Positions 13,465 through 25,735 of a stretch of DNA of 64,000 bases are shown in pieces. Position 1 is the first letter of the stretch, and each line of letters opens with the position of its first letter. A program made the position numbers and the translations under genes. The notes under the pieces are model-generated. The model did no database searches, was not told the DNA's origin, and worked only from the letters and a program-made list of their open reading frames with translations. Origin of the DNA: Mustelus asterias (taxonomy: Eukaryota); contig NC_135811.1 of the NCBI RefSeq assembly GCF_964213995.1, positions 77,438,001 through 77,502,000 of the forward strand, in the 5' to 3' direction.

Positions 13465-14790
13465 ACCACTCAACAATCCCCGGGCAGGAGTGTTCCCTTC
13501 CAGTCGGGGAGCACTTCAGCAGTCAAGGGCATTCAGCCTCCAATCTTTGGGTAAGCGTTATCCAAGGCGGCCTTCAAGACACACGGCAAAGCAGAATTGC
13601 CAAGCAGAAACTGATAGCCAAGTTCCGCATACAAAGAACAAAGAACAGTACAGCACAGGAAACAGGCCCTTCGGCCCTCTAAGCCTGTGCCGCTCCTTGG
13701 TCCAACTAGACCAATTGTTTGTATCCCTCCATTCCCAGACTGCTCATGTGACTATCCAGGTAAGTCTTAAACGATGTCAGCGTGTCGGCCCCAACCACCC
13801 TACTTGGCAGCGCATTCCAGGCCCCCACCACCCTCTGTGTAAAAAACATCCCTCTAATATCTGAGTTATACTTCGCCCCTCTCACCTTGAGCCCGTGACT
13901 CCTCGTGATCGTCACTTCTGATCTGGGAAAAAGCTTCCGACCGTTCACCCTATCTATCCCCTTCATAATCTTGTACACCTCTATTAGATCTCCCCTCATT
14001 CTCCATCTTTCCAGGGAGAACAACCCCAGTTTACCCAATCTCTCCTCATAGCTAAGACCCTCCATACCAGGCAACATCCTAGTAAACCTTCTCTGCACTC
14101 TAATGCCTCCACGTCCTTCTGGTAGTGCGCCGACCAGAACTGGATGCACTACTCCAAATGTGGCCAAACCAGCGTTCTATACAACTGCATCATCAGACTC
14201 CAGCTTTTAACTCTTTACCCCGTCCTATAAAGGCAAGCATACCATATGCCTTCTTCAGCACCTTCTCCACCTGTGTTGCCACCGTCAAGGATTTGTGGAC
14301 TTACACACCTAGGTCCCTCTGTGTTTCTATACTCTTGATGGCTCTGCCATTTATTGTATAACTCCTCCCTATATTATTTCTTCCAAAATGATTTTTTATT
14401 TCTTTCACACATGAGGATGGCCTCAAACGGGATCCTGTGTTCATGTCACACTACGTGTAACCCCCAGCATTTGGCCTGGGCTTGCAAAATCTTAGTAACC
14501 GTCCTGACTTGAGACAATTCACACCTCTTTAACCTGTGCTTAACCCTCTCTCCACTCGCATTGTCTGCACCTGTAAAGACTTGATTCCCGGTTAAGGCAC
14601 GCATTCCAACCATTATCTTGCAATTGAGTCTGTGTCTATATGTGCCTTGTTTGTGAATCCAACTCTCTAATCACCTGATGAAGCGCTCCGAAAGCTCTCG
14701 TGCTACCAAATAAACCTGTTGGACTTTAACCTGGTGTTGTGAGACGTCTTACTCTGCCCACCCCAGTCCAACACCGGCATCTCCACTCCA
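13465..14790 (+). mobile_element. Penelope-like element 3' part (GIY-YIG endonuclease C-terminus plus pLTR), split by a CR1
   Basis: Translates as LPVGEHFSSQGHSASNLWVSVIQGGLQDTRQSRIAKQKLIAKFR (about 13497-13630) and, after the CR1, THEDGLKRDPVFMSHYV*. Then pLTR with degenerate hammerhead at 14672-14702. Confidence 0.8.
13630..14390 (-). mobile_element. CR1-like LINE 3' fragment nested in Penelope
   Basis: RVQRRFTRMLPGMEGLSYEERLGKLGLFSLE...GDLIEVYKIM; (TTCTTTG)n-type tail. Confidence 0.9.
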
Positions 14791-15229
14791 TCGAGTTCGT
14801 TAGTGAATACTGAAAACTAATTACACAGTCACGACTTTACAGCCAAAATCCTCGAGTTTAAATTAGCTTCAAGGATTTACAGTGCACCTTCCATGAAGGG
14901 ATTGAAACAATTCACTTCCCACCTTCCCCGGCACTTCAAACATAGTATTCGTACCTGTCAGAACAAATCCGAATATATTAATATTCGCCCCGCCCCAACC
15001 CAATTCCTAACAGATTACACTGAGTGTGAGCGGAGCAGATCCGCATGTAAAATGGTTCCGCATTTTAGAATCTTAAAACATATGAGATGATTTTTTTTAA
15101 CGAATTCCTTATCTAAGTCTGGTCAGCAAATGGCTACCAGATGTGAAATTTTGGGTAAGATCTGTCCGGTTTTTAATTTCGAAGTATAGGTTTGCATCCA
15201 AATTTATGAGAGATAATGCTCTCTCATAA

Positions 15230-15360
15230 TTAAGCAGAAAGTGAAAAAGGTTTCAAATGAAGAAGTCGTTTCTGGAAACAAGTTACAAGATTCCCTGAAA
15301 ACACACCGCGGTTAGAAGCAAAATCGATTCGTTTTTGTAACGTCAAAGGAATATCCTGGT
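15230..15360 (+). promoter_or_regulatory. IFN promoter block, copy 3
   Basis: GAAAGTGAAA at 15237-15246 plus the same downstream motifs. Confidence 0.7.
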
Positions 15361-15511
15361 TCACACCTTCAAATGGACACAATGGATGAATATTCCTTTC
15401 AATCCAACAGCGAAGGAGTTCAGCTGGTGTTAATATTGTGTTCGGCACTGAACCCCGATCCAGTCACTTTCTGTGTTTTCTGATCGCTGCTTTACCCTGT
15501 GGTGTTTCAAC

Positions 15512-17342
15512 ATGTTTGTTCCGAGTGTTTGCGGGCTGTGGATTTTGTTAATCTGGCTGCCCGGGATCCTGAGCCAGGATTGCCAGAGGCTGCAGTTACA
15601 GCAAGTCCTTAACAAGAATGCTCAAAGGTCCCTGAGGGACATGGTGAGTTTATGCAGAGGTCCGGGGATTCGAGTGACCAATCTTAACTCGCAGGTTCTC
15701 GGAATAGTCTCCTGTCGAGGAATTGCTGAGATTGAATCTGTATTCTAATAAAAATGTAGAACATCTCCTTGATGGAATGAAAATTGAAGTATTAAAGTAG
15801 AGAAGGAAGTGTGTGGAAATGTGAAACACTTTATACTTAGAGTGATTCAGTTGGATGGTCAGTTAAATATGTGAGAGATAAAATACTTATGCAAGTTCTT
15901 GAGCACTTTCCTGGTTTTGGGGGCACGTTTCTGAGAGTAAGGACCGCTTGTGAAGTGTGCGCTTGGAGCCGGTTCTGACATCATTCTGTCCTGTTGCAGG
16001 GAGGTCCCTTCCCATTCCAGTGTATAACAACGAGAGAATCACTGAAAACCAAATCCCTGGACCTGCACCAGCTCATCAAGAGGTTACAGGTGAGTGTGCA
16101 CTTTGCAACCTGTCTGATCATTCTGTTCATGCTGCCAGGTGTAATAGATATGTGGGGAATGTGTACACATCCCCAACAGTAGGAACAATGTAAATGACAT
16201 TTTAAAGGCAAAGGCTTTATTTTGTTGACAATCATAAGACTGAAAATTTAATGTTGAGCATTTTGGGGAACCGACAGACATTCTGCGGATTACTTTGTCC
16301 CTCTTCTCTCCACTTGCCCCAAATTGCTTCAAGTTAGTTCGCCAAAAGAGGAAGATAACAGGAACAAGTTTGATAATGATCAATATTGCCACCACAAAAG
16401 GCGGTATTGACTTTTTAAATTCGAGCTTCTTAAACTTCTACAGCTGTAGATATACAGAGTCAGGGAGATATACAGCACGGAAACAGACCCTTCGGCCCAA
16501 CTAGCCCACGGCGACCAGGTTCCCTAAACTGAAATAGTCCCATTTGTCTGCGTTTGACCCATATCCCTCTAATCTTTTCCCTAACCATGTACTTCCAAAT
16601 GTCTTTTAAATGTTGTAATTGTCCCCGCCTCTACCACCTCCTCTGGCAGCTCATTCCATACACGCACCACCCTCTGTGTGAAAAAGCTGCCCCTCAGGTT
16701 CCTTTTAAATTTTTCACCTCCCCCGTAAACCTATGCTCTCTAGTTTAGGACTCCCCTACACTCCTGTATCCAATCTGACATTACTCGGACCACTGGACAA
16801 AGTTGATCAAGATCACGTTGTAGTCTCAGATAACCTTCTATTAAAATAGTCAGTAAAAGGAGAAATGTCCTCACCAATGTCGTTATGTATATTTTGTCCA
16901 GACTCAGGACAGGATCCAGATTGTCCATCAAACCCTGCGCCACATCAACAAGATCTACAGCATGAATCTGGGCTCAGTCACATGGGCCCAGGACAAAGTG
17001 GAACATTTCCGGCTGCTCCTGGATCGGCAGCTCAGTGAGCTGGAAGAATGTGTCAGGAACCCGGGATCCAGGCTGAGGAGAAACTCCACCATTCACAATT
17101 ACTTTAGGAAACTGGAAAAGTTTCTCAAACAGCAGGTGGGACAATGGATAATTGACTGTGTGATTACCGGCATGTAGATTATTTCACCCCATTGAAATCT
17201 GTTCATTCTCTAATCCATGTCCCTCAATGTTTCCATTTCTCAGGGATTCAGTGAGTGTGCCTGGGAAATAATCCGCACGGAGACCAGAGGCCGATTACAA
17301 CAGCTCCTTCTCATAACGGCACAAATCAGCGGAAGCAATTAA
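15512..17342 (+). CDS. Type I interferon, copy 3 (4 exons, 184 aa)
   Basis: Exons 15512-15643, 16000-16089, 16902-17135, 17244-17342; GT-AG, open frame. Confidence 0.95.
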
Positions 17343-19274
17343 AGAATTTCTAACGATATATTTAATGAAGACTGGGGAACAGTGATTATTTATTTAAAGA
17401 TTGTAGAATTTTTATAGAAGGATTATATTGTTCAGTCATCTGCACAAGCCGGTTTCCCAGTGTGAGATTGGCCATTGTACAACGTAATATCATAACGAAA
17501 TAATAATATAACTTTTTAATATTTAACTTGTGAGTCTAATATTTATACCTGGATGCACTGTGTGAATATATTTCAAATCTAAGAGTATTTGATGAATGCG
17601 AGAGAGGCTGCAAGATATATATTTATTGACACCAGTTTTATATTGTAATAGACTGTATTTATTGGCATCAAATGTGTCCCAAATTGCAGTTTTACAATAA
17701 ATATTTTGAACTTTGAATTTCATGATGTTGTCTTCGTTTCCAAATTGATGTCGATGTCGGCTGGGTGTTTCTGTTCATCTTGTTTGAGAGATTTAAGTCA
17801 TTGGGTTATGAAGTTTGTGCACAGCGCCAAACCCTTTGAGCCAGAAATTCCGAAATCAAGTTTGGAATGACTATGTCAGTTCTGGAAATGATGTTTATTA
17901 GCGATTCAAATGAATTACTTCCGCACTATTGTCCCAAAGGAAAAATAAGTGTGTGCAGATACGAAACAAAACATCGAAATATGTGTCTCTTGTTAATAGC
18001 TACAGAATAGAAACTGGTACATTTCGAGAAGTTGCATTTACTTCTTTGAGCCCGGGATTAGCTATGCTGTCCTCTGTCAGAACCGAAATATATTCAATTG
18101 CTGTTCAAATGCACACCCAGTATCAATGAGCACCAGGTGATCTACTCAGGTTATAGACCATTAGTGTAACAGCATAGTAGAAACATACTCCATTCTCAAT
18201 ATTTAACCGTTTCTTAACCTGAACACTTTGATGCTAAATACATGATCAGTTTTCTTGTTTGACTGTGATGTGTTTGCAATTTTTGATTGCTTGAAATCAT
18301 ATATAAATGCAAACAAATATCTATTGAAGTTTTTCCGATTGTTTGCAACTCAGATTTACATCGGGTCATTGTATTTTTTTCAAGAATCAAACATTTTGGC
18401 TAAATATTACATGATACAAAATTATTCAATTATTCGCAAAACCGAAGTCAATCAAATGGAAATAAAACGGCATTGTTATAGAGAAAAAATAATAAAGTCA
18501 GCTCAAACAAACCCCTCAATATATCGAGAAATACAAGTATAAGCAGAATGTATAATGATTACTGACTGTGAAGCTTAGCTTGCCATTCAGGGTGGCACCA
18601 TAACACAATCAGCAGATGTTCAGGGGGCAATAAATAGTTTGTTAGCGATCTGTCGTCCAGATGTGACCTGATTGTTTTCGGGGGAATGTGTCTCCTGATA
18701 ACGTAACGCTTCCATTTGGTAGGAAGGGGTTTCCACTGGGAATTCATCTCAAAGCCCTGTTTACACATTGATGATCATCTCTTAGCAAGAAATTGCATAG
18801 TGCAAAGATTTTGTGATATCCAATGAAACGCTGACCATTAATGAGCACAAAGTGTATCTTTCCACTTATTGGTTAACAAGAATGAAAGTGCATACCTGTC
18901 ATCTGCATTATTTCTCGGATTTCCCTCCAGTGCGAGATTGCTTTGCGGCACTGTGTCTTTTTGGAGCACGTACAACTATGCATATCATTAAAGCATGATC
19001 ATTTTTTAAAAATTGTATACTATTTCATATACACGTAGTGAAGAGAAAAATCTGCGTTGCCCACATCATTATCATTTCTCACCATTTATTTGGCCATCAG
19101 GGATTTTCCAATGCATGTTGCATTTCACCCCGTCATCGACACAACAATGTAGGATATGTTTTTGAAAGGCATTTGCCATATGAAGTTGAGAATGGCGGTC
19201 GGTAGAATTGGAATGAGCCAGTGAGATTCTGCAAGTCCAGGAGGCAAGCTGTGGGGGTTACCGATAGTGTGACA

Positions 19275-19370
19275 TTTGCTACCAAATAAACCTGTTGGAC
19301 GTTAACCTGGTGTTGTTAAAACTCTTACTGTGTTTACCCCAGTCCAACGCCGGCATCTCCACATCATGAC
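19275..19370 (+). mobile_element. Penelope pLTR 3' remnant at a deletion junction in the copy 3-4 spacer
   Basis: CTACCAAATAAACCTGTTGGAC...CCCCAGTCCAACGCCGGCATCTCCACATC; more than 1 kb of the normal spacer is missing here. Confidence 0.7.
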
Positions 19371-19936
19371 TTTTACTGACACAGCCAGGGCATTACAACC
19401 ATGTCCTTTATGGAAGGAAATCTGTCATTCTTACTTGGTCTGGCCGACATGTGACTCCAGATCCACAGCAATGTGGTTGACTCTCAACTGCTCTCGGGCA
19501 ACTAAGGATGGGCAACAAACGTTGGCCAGCCAGCGATGCCCATGTCCCACGAATGAATAAAACAAATTCCTTGAGTTTAAATGAGCATCCAGGATTTTTA
19601 GTGCAGTTTCCATAATGGCATTGAATCAATTCACTTCTCACCGTCCCCGCCACATCAAACCCATCATTCTTCCCCGTTAGAGCCCAGCCTAATATTTTAA
19701 ATCCCAGTCCAATTCCGAACAGTTTACAATGACTATGAGTCTAGCAATTGCCGAGATAAGGTGGTTCCGCATTTTAGAATCTTAAAACATATGAAATGAT
19801 TTTTTTAACGGATTGCTTATCTAAGTCTGGCCAACAAAGGGCAACAGAGGTAAAAGTTTGGCTAACATCTGTCCGATTTTTAATATCAAAGGATATATTT
19901 GCATCCAAATTTATGAGAGATAATGCGTTCTCTTAA

Positions 19937-20067
19937 TTAAGCAGAAAGTGAAAAAGGTTTCAAATGAAGAAGTCGTTTCTGGAAACAAGTTACAAGATTC
20001 CCTGAAAACACACCGCGGTTAGAAGCAAAATCGATTCATTTTTGTAACGTCAAAGGAATATCCTGGT
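19937..20067 (+). promoter_or_regulatory. IFN promoter block, copy 4
   Basis: GAAAGTGAAA at 19944-19953 plus the same downstream motifs. Confidence 0.7.
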
Positions 20068-20218
20068 TCACACCTTCAAAAGGACACAATGGATGAATAT
20101 TCCTTTCAATCCAACAGCGAAGGAGTTCAGCTGGTGTTAATATTGTGTTCGGCACTGAACCCTGATCCAGTCACTTTCTGTGATTTCTGATCGCTGCTTT
20201 ACCCTGTGTTGTTTCAAC

Positions 20219-22030
20219 ATGTTTATTCCGAGTGTTTGCGGGCTGTGGATTTTGTTAATCTGGCTGCCCGGGATCCTGAGCCAGGATTGCCAGAGGCTGC
20301 AGTTACAGCAAGTCCTTAACAAGAATGCTCAAAGGTCCCTTAGGGACATGGTGAGTTTATACAGAGATCCCGGGATTCGAGTGACCAATCTTAACTCGCA
20401 GCTTCTCGGGATACTCTCCTGTCGAGGAATTGCTGAGATTAAATCTGTTCTCTTCCAAAAATGTAGAACATCTCCTTGATGGAATGCACATTGAAGTTTC
20501 AAACTATAGCAGGGAGTGTGTGGAAATGTGAAACAGTTTTTACTAAGAGTGATTTATTTGGATGGTCAGTAAAATATGTGAGAGATAAAATGCTTCAACA
20601 AGTTGTTGAATGACCGTGTTGGTTTTGGGGGCAAGTTTCTGAGAGCAAGGACCGCTTATGAAGTGTGAGCTTGGAACCGGTTCTGACATCATTCTGTCCT
20701 GTTGCAGGGAGGTCCCTTCCCATTCCAGTGTACAGCAACGAGAGAATCACTGAAAACCAAATCCCTGGACCTGCACCAGCTCATCAAGAGGTTACAGGTG
20801 AGTGTGCAATTTGTAACCTGTCTGATCATTCTGTTATAAGATATGTGGGGAATGTATCCACAACCTTAAGAGTTGGAACAATATAAATGATTTTTAAAGG
20901 CAAAGACTTTATTTTGTTGATTGTCGTAAGACTGAAAATTTAACGTTGAGCATTTTGGGGACTGATAGACATTCTGCGGAATAGTTTGACCTTCTTCTCT
21001 CCATTTACCCCAAAATACTGTCAGTATCAGATTTGCTCGCCAAAAGAGGAAAATACCAGTAACCAGTTTGATAATGATCAAAATTGTCACACAGAAAAGA
21101 CGGTGTTGACTTTTGAAATTCGAGATTCTTACACTTTTACAGCGTAATCGTGGAATCAGTGAGATATACAGCACGGAAACAGGCCCTTCGGCCCGAATCG
21201 TCCATTGCGAACAGGTTTCCTAAGCTTAACTGGTGCCATTGGCCTATGTTTGGCCCATATCCCTCTAAACCTTTCCTGCGCATGTACCTGTCCAAATGAC
21301 TTTCAAATGTTGTATGAAATCCTGCTTTTGCCACCTCCTCTGGGAGCCCATTCCATATACGCACCACCGTCTGTGTGAAAAAGTTACCCCTCACGTCCCT
21401 TTTCAATCTTTCCCCTACCCCGTAAACCTATGCCCTCTAGTTTTGGACTCCCCAACACTTCTCTACTCGATCTGCCATTTCTTGGACCAGTGACCCAGTT
21501 GAGCAAGATCACGTTGTGGTCTTAGATAACCTTCTTTTAAAATAGTCAGCTAAAGGAGAACTGCGTTTACTAATGCCATCGTGTGTATTTGTCCAGACAC
21601 CGGACAAGATCAAGATTCTCCATCAAACCGTGCGCCACATCAACAAGATCTACAGTATGAACCTGGGCTCAGTCACATGGGCCCGGGACAAAGTGGAACT
21701 TTTCCGGCTGCTCCTGGATCGGCAGCTCAGTGAGCTGGAAGAATGTGTCAGGAACCCGGGATCCAGGCTGAGGAGAAATTCCGCCATTCACAATTACTTT
21801 AGGAAACTGGAAAAGTTTCTCAAACAGCAGGTGGGACAATTGACTGTGTGATTACCGGCATGTCATTTCTTTCACCCCATTGAAATCTGTTCATTCTCTA
21901 ATCCATGTCCCTCAATGTTTCCATTTCTCAGGGATTCAGTGAGTGTGCCTGGGAAATAATCCGCACGGAGACCAGAGGCCGATTACAACAGCTCCTTCTC
22001 ATAACGGCACAAATCAGCGGAAGCAATTAA
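20219..22030 (+). CDS. Type I interferon, copy 4 (4 exons, 184 aa)
   Basis: Exons 20219-20350, 20708-20797, 21597-21830, 21932-22030; exon 3 begins with divergent TPDKIKILHQTVRH. Confidence 0.95.
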
Positions 22031-23253
22031 AGAATTTATATCGATATATTTAATGAAGACTGGGGAACAATGATTATTTATTTGAAGATTGTAGAATTTT
22101 TATAGAAGAATTATATTGTTCAGTCAGCTGCACAAGCCGGTTTACCAGTGTGAGATTGGCCATTGTACAACATAATATCATGATGAAATAATAATATAAC
22201 TTTTTAATATTTAATTTATGAGTCTAATATTTATACCTGGATGCACTGTGTGAATATATTTCAAATCTAAAAATATTTGGTAGATGCGAGAGCCTGCAAG
22301 ATATATATTTATTTACACCAGTTTTAAATTGTAACAGACTGTATTTATAGGCATCCGAGATGTCCCAATTTGCAGTGTCACAATAAATATTTTAAACTTT
22401 GAATTTCATGGTGTTGTCTTCGTTTCCACACTGATGTCCATGTCGGCTGGATGTGTTTCTGTTCATCTTGTGTGAGAGATTTCAATCATTGGGTTATGGA
22501 GTTTGTGCGGCCCAGTGCACAGCGCCAAAACCTCTGAGCCAGAACTTCCGGAATCAAATCCCATGCCAAGGCTTTGTCGGTTTTGGAAGCGATGCTTATG
22601 AGCGGATTCAAATAAATTACTTCCCCACTATTCCCCAAAGGGGAAATAAGTGTGTGCAGATACGAAACAAAACATCGAAATATGTGTCTCTTGTTAATTG
22701 CCACAGTGTAGATACTGGTACTTTTTCAGAAGTTGCATTTATTTATTTGGGATTAGCTGTGCTGCCCTCTGTCAGATCCACAATGTCTTCAGTGGCTGTT
22801 CAAATGCAGACCGACTATTAGGCTGTTGATCTACTCAGGGTATAGACCATTAGTTTAAAAAGTATTGTAGAAACATACTCCTTTCTAAATACTTAACCGT
22901 TTCTTAACCTGAACAATTTGATGTTAAATACATTGTCAGTTTTCTTGTTTGAGTGTGTGATGTGTTTGCATTTTTGATTTCTTGAAATCATGCATGAATG
23001 CAAACTAGTATCTATTGAGGAGATCCCGACTGTTCACAACTCAGATTTATATCGGGTCATTGTATTTTTTCAGGATTCAAACATTTTGGCTAAATATTAC
23101 ATGATACCAAATGATTCAATTTTTTGCAACACCAAAGTCAATTAAATGGAAAGAAAACTGCATTGTTATGGAGAAAATTTAACAATGTCAGATCAAACGA
23201 AACTCCACAATATATCGAGAAATACAAGTCTAATAAGAGTAGTTGATAGTTAC

Positions 23254-23942
23254 TGAAGACGGGAACGGGTTAATGAACTTTGTAATATTTGGAGATTTGT
23301 AAAAAGCATTGTAGAACTTGTTTTCATGTCTGTAGAATTTGTTTTCGTGTATCCAAAAACAGATAAGAGAAGCAGCTGTCCCTGCTGTTGTACACAAGTT
23401 TATGATTTTCCCAGCTAGCTGTGTTCAGGAATGTGGCTAACCCAGCTAGTATCTATTTTGTGTTCTCTTATATTATGTACTTCTGTTTAACACGGTGGAG
23501 CTTACATGCATGCCTTCTGTGATCGTATAATAATAGATTCATATATATTTATTATATACTATTTATCCTTACTGATATAAATTGTTATATAGGCCCCTGT
23601 ACTTCAGTTGACTTGTTTGTGCAAACTTATAATCTTGTATGCTGGATAAACAAACCACAGATGTCCGCCACATAGAGGCGACAGAACAGACAGTTGCAGC
23701 CTTGAGATGGCTACGATTACACGGACTACGCGAAGGACAGAACCGCCGATGCAGCAATAATCATGAGAAAATGCGGACGTGACCAGGGGTGAAAATATAT
23801 GTCTAAATATCTGCTCTTAACTTGTATTTGGGGAGAAGTTTAGAGAACCTCTTTAGGATCGGAGTTCTCCCACAAGCTTGTGAAAATAAACTGCTGTACT
23901 TTGACTCACGACTAGTCTCAGAGGTATTATTTACCGACAACA
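23254..23942 (+). repeat. ERV 5' LTR
   Basis: 689 bp, TGAAGAC...GACAACA, AATAAA at about 23885. Confidence 0.95.
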
Positions 23943-23945
23943 AAT

Positions 23946-23963
23946 TGGTGCCGAAACCCGGGA
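23946..23963 (+). promoter_or_regulatory. Primer binding site, tRNA-Phe
   Basis: TGGTGCCGAAACCCGGGA is the exact complement of the 3' end of vertebrate tRNA-Phe(GAA); it lies 3 nt after the LTR. Confidence 0.92.
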
Positions 23964-24391
23964 TCTGTTTATGGGTCTGGTCGAATGGCCACGACCGGGA
24001 CACCAGAATAGAATACCAAACTTAATAGGGTGGGTCAAACTACAGTAGGTGGTCATCTGTGATGAGAGAGTGTGAGAGTGAAAGATGTCTGAACTGAGCA
24101 CATATGGACAAGGAGTCAATTGACTCTAACACACAGCCTTAGACAGGTTGTTATGAGGAGAAATCCCCTACGCGATGGTCAGGACCATGAAGTGGGTGTA
24201 GAGTCTGGAAAAAGGTTGCCTGAGGTGTGATGTTCAGACGTGAGTGAGAAAGAGACTGTCTGAGTGATCGCCAGAGGGATCTGATCGCCCCTGACAGGTA
24301 TCACTGGACTCTGATAAGAGTGACCTCGGAGGGGGAGAGCGAGAAGGGAGAACAGAAGACTCCAGGTGGTGAGTATAAACTTATTGGTGTT

Positions 24392-25735
24392 ATGGCGGGA
24401 CAAGGACAGTGGGGACCCCCGGGATCCCTGATAAACGAATATATGACTAAGAGGGACAAATTCATTAAACAGATGAGCAAAGGGGGGTGGGATTCATCCC
24501 ACCCGCTAGACCAACAACGGAAATGGTTGGAAAAGGAAAAGAAAGACAGAACTAAGAAAATTGGAGTTCTCTTAGTTCACCAATTGGCCGGATTAACTGA
24601 ACAGGTCTCAATCTCAGGTAAGAAATGGGCTGATTACAAAGCAAAAATTAAAATGCTGGAAGCACGCAATAGAGAATTAGAAAAGAGAAGCCAACTTTTA
24701 GAGGACCCCGGCTGGGGATCCTTGCCTCCCTATGGGCTGGCCGTACAACCCACGGCACCAGTGGGAGACTTCGACCCGATGAGGAAGAGGTCCATGATCT
24801 CGCTCCCATACCTCGGGGCGGGACATTACAACATCCCATGGCTCAATACAAACCCTTTACCCCAGGAGAAAGACAACAGGTTTTGGCATCCCTGGAAGGC
24901 TCCAGCCCCGGAGTGGCAATAGCAAATTTTAGGCAGAACTAGACACCATTTGGGTTGGACACCAATTACATTTGCGGGATATACACCAGTTGGTACGAGC
25001 CGCTTGCCCACAGGACAGGTGGAGACTACTGGGTGACAGGGCGGACCAGGCTGACGTCGCCATCAGAGCCCGGTTTTATTACCAAGGCGGAAGGTGGACG
25101 TTCGCGACAGAGACAAACGCCGAGATCGATGAAATGATGGAACCATTTAATTGGTTTAAGGCAGCAGTCCAGCGAGTATTGGACAATGCACCAACCAACT
25201 GGACCAGAATTACCAATACTAACCAACAAAGGGGTGAAGGAGCCTCCGAATTCGGGGAGCGACTCTTCAAAGTATATCAAGAATGTTCCGGAATGCCCGA
25301 TAATGCCCGAACAGATAGAGCCTTTCTACAAGCATTTAAGGATGGGCTGTCACCAGCTCACCAAAAAATCCTTAAAATGGGAGTCCTCAGTACCCGGGAT
25401 TACAATGAATTAGTAGAATGGACATCTGGAATTAGAGACGGACCAGATGAGAAACCATACCCACGAATAAAACAGGAAAATGTTAGTGCAAACAGTGAAG
25501 GAGCTAAACCAAAGGGTGCGTGCTATAATTGTGGGAAACCGGGTCACTTTGCCAGAGACTGTAGAGCTCCAAAGTGGGGTAGAAGGAAGGCCCCTACCTG
25601 CCAGTTTTGCAATAAGGATGGCCACACCGAGGCCACCTGTTGGAGCAAACACAGCAGACCGAGTCAACTCCTCCCCCCTCCCCACACCGAGGAGGGAGGG
25701 AACTGGCGTGAGGCAGCCCCCGCAAGCCTGGGCAG
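24392..25735 (+). pseudogene. gag: ERV gag (frameshifted)
   Basis: MAGQGQWGPPGS..., MHR-like QQRGEGASEFGERL, two CCHC knuckles CYNCGKPGHFARDC and CQFCNKDGHTEATC; split across ORFs 24320-24922 and 24972-25994. Confidence 0.88.
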
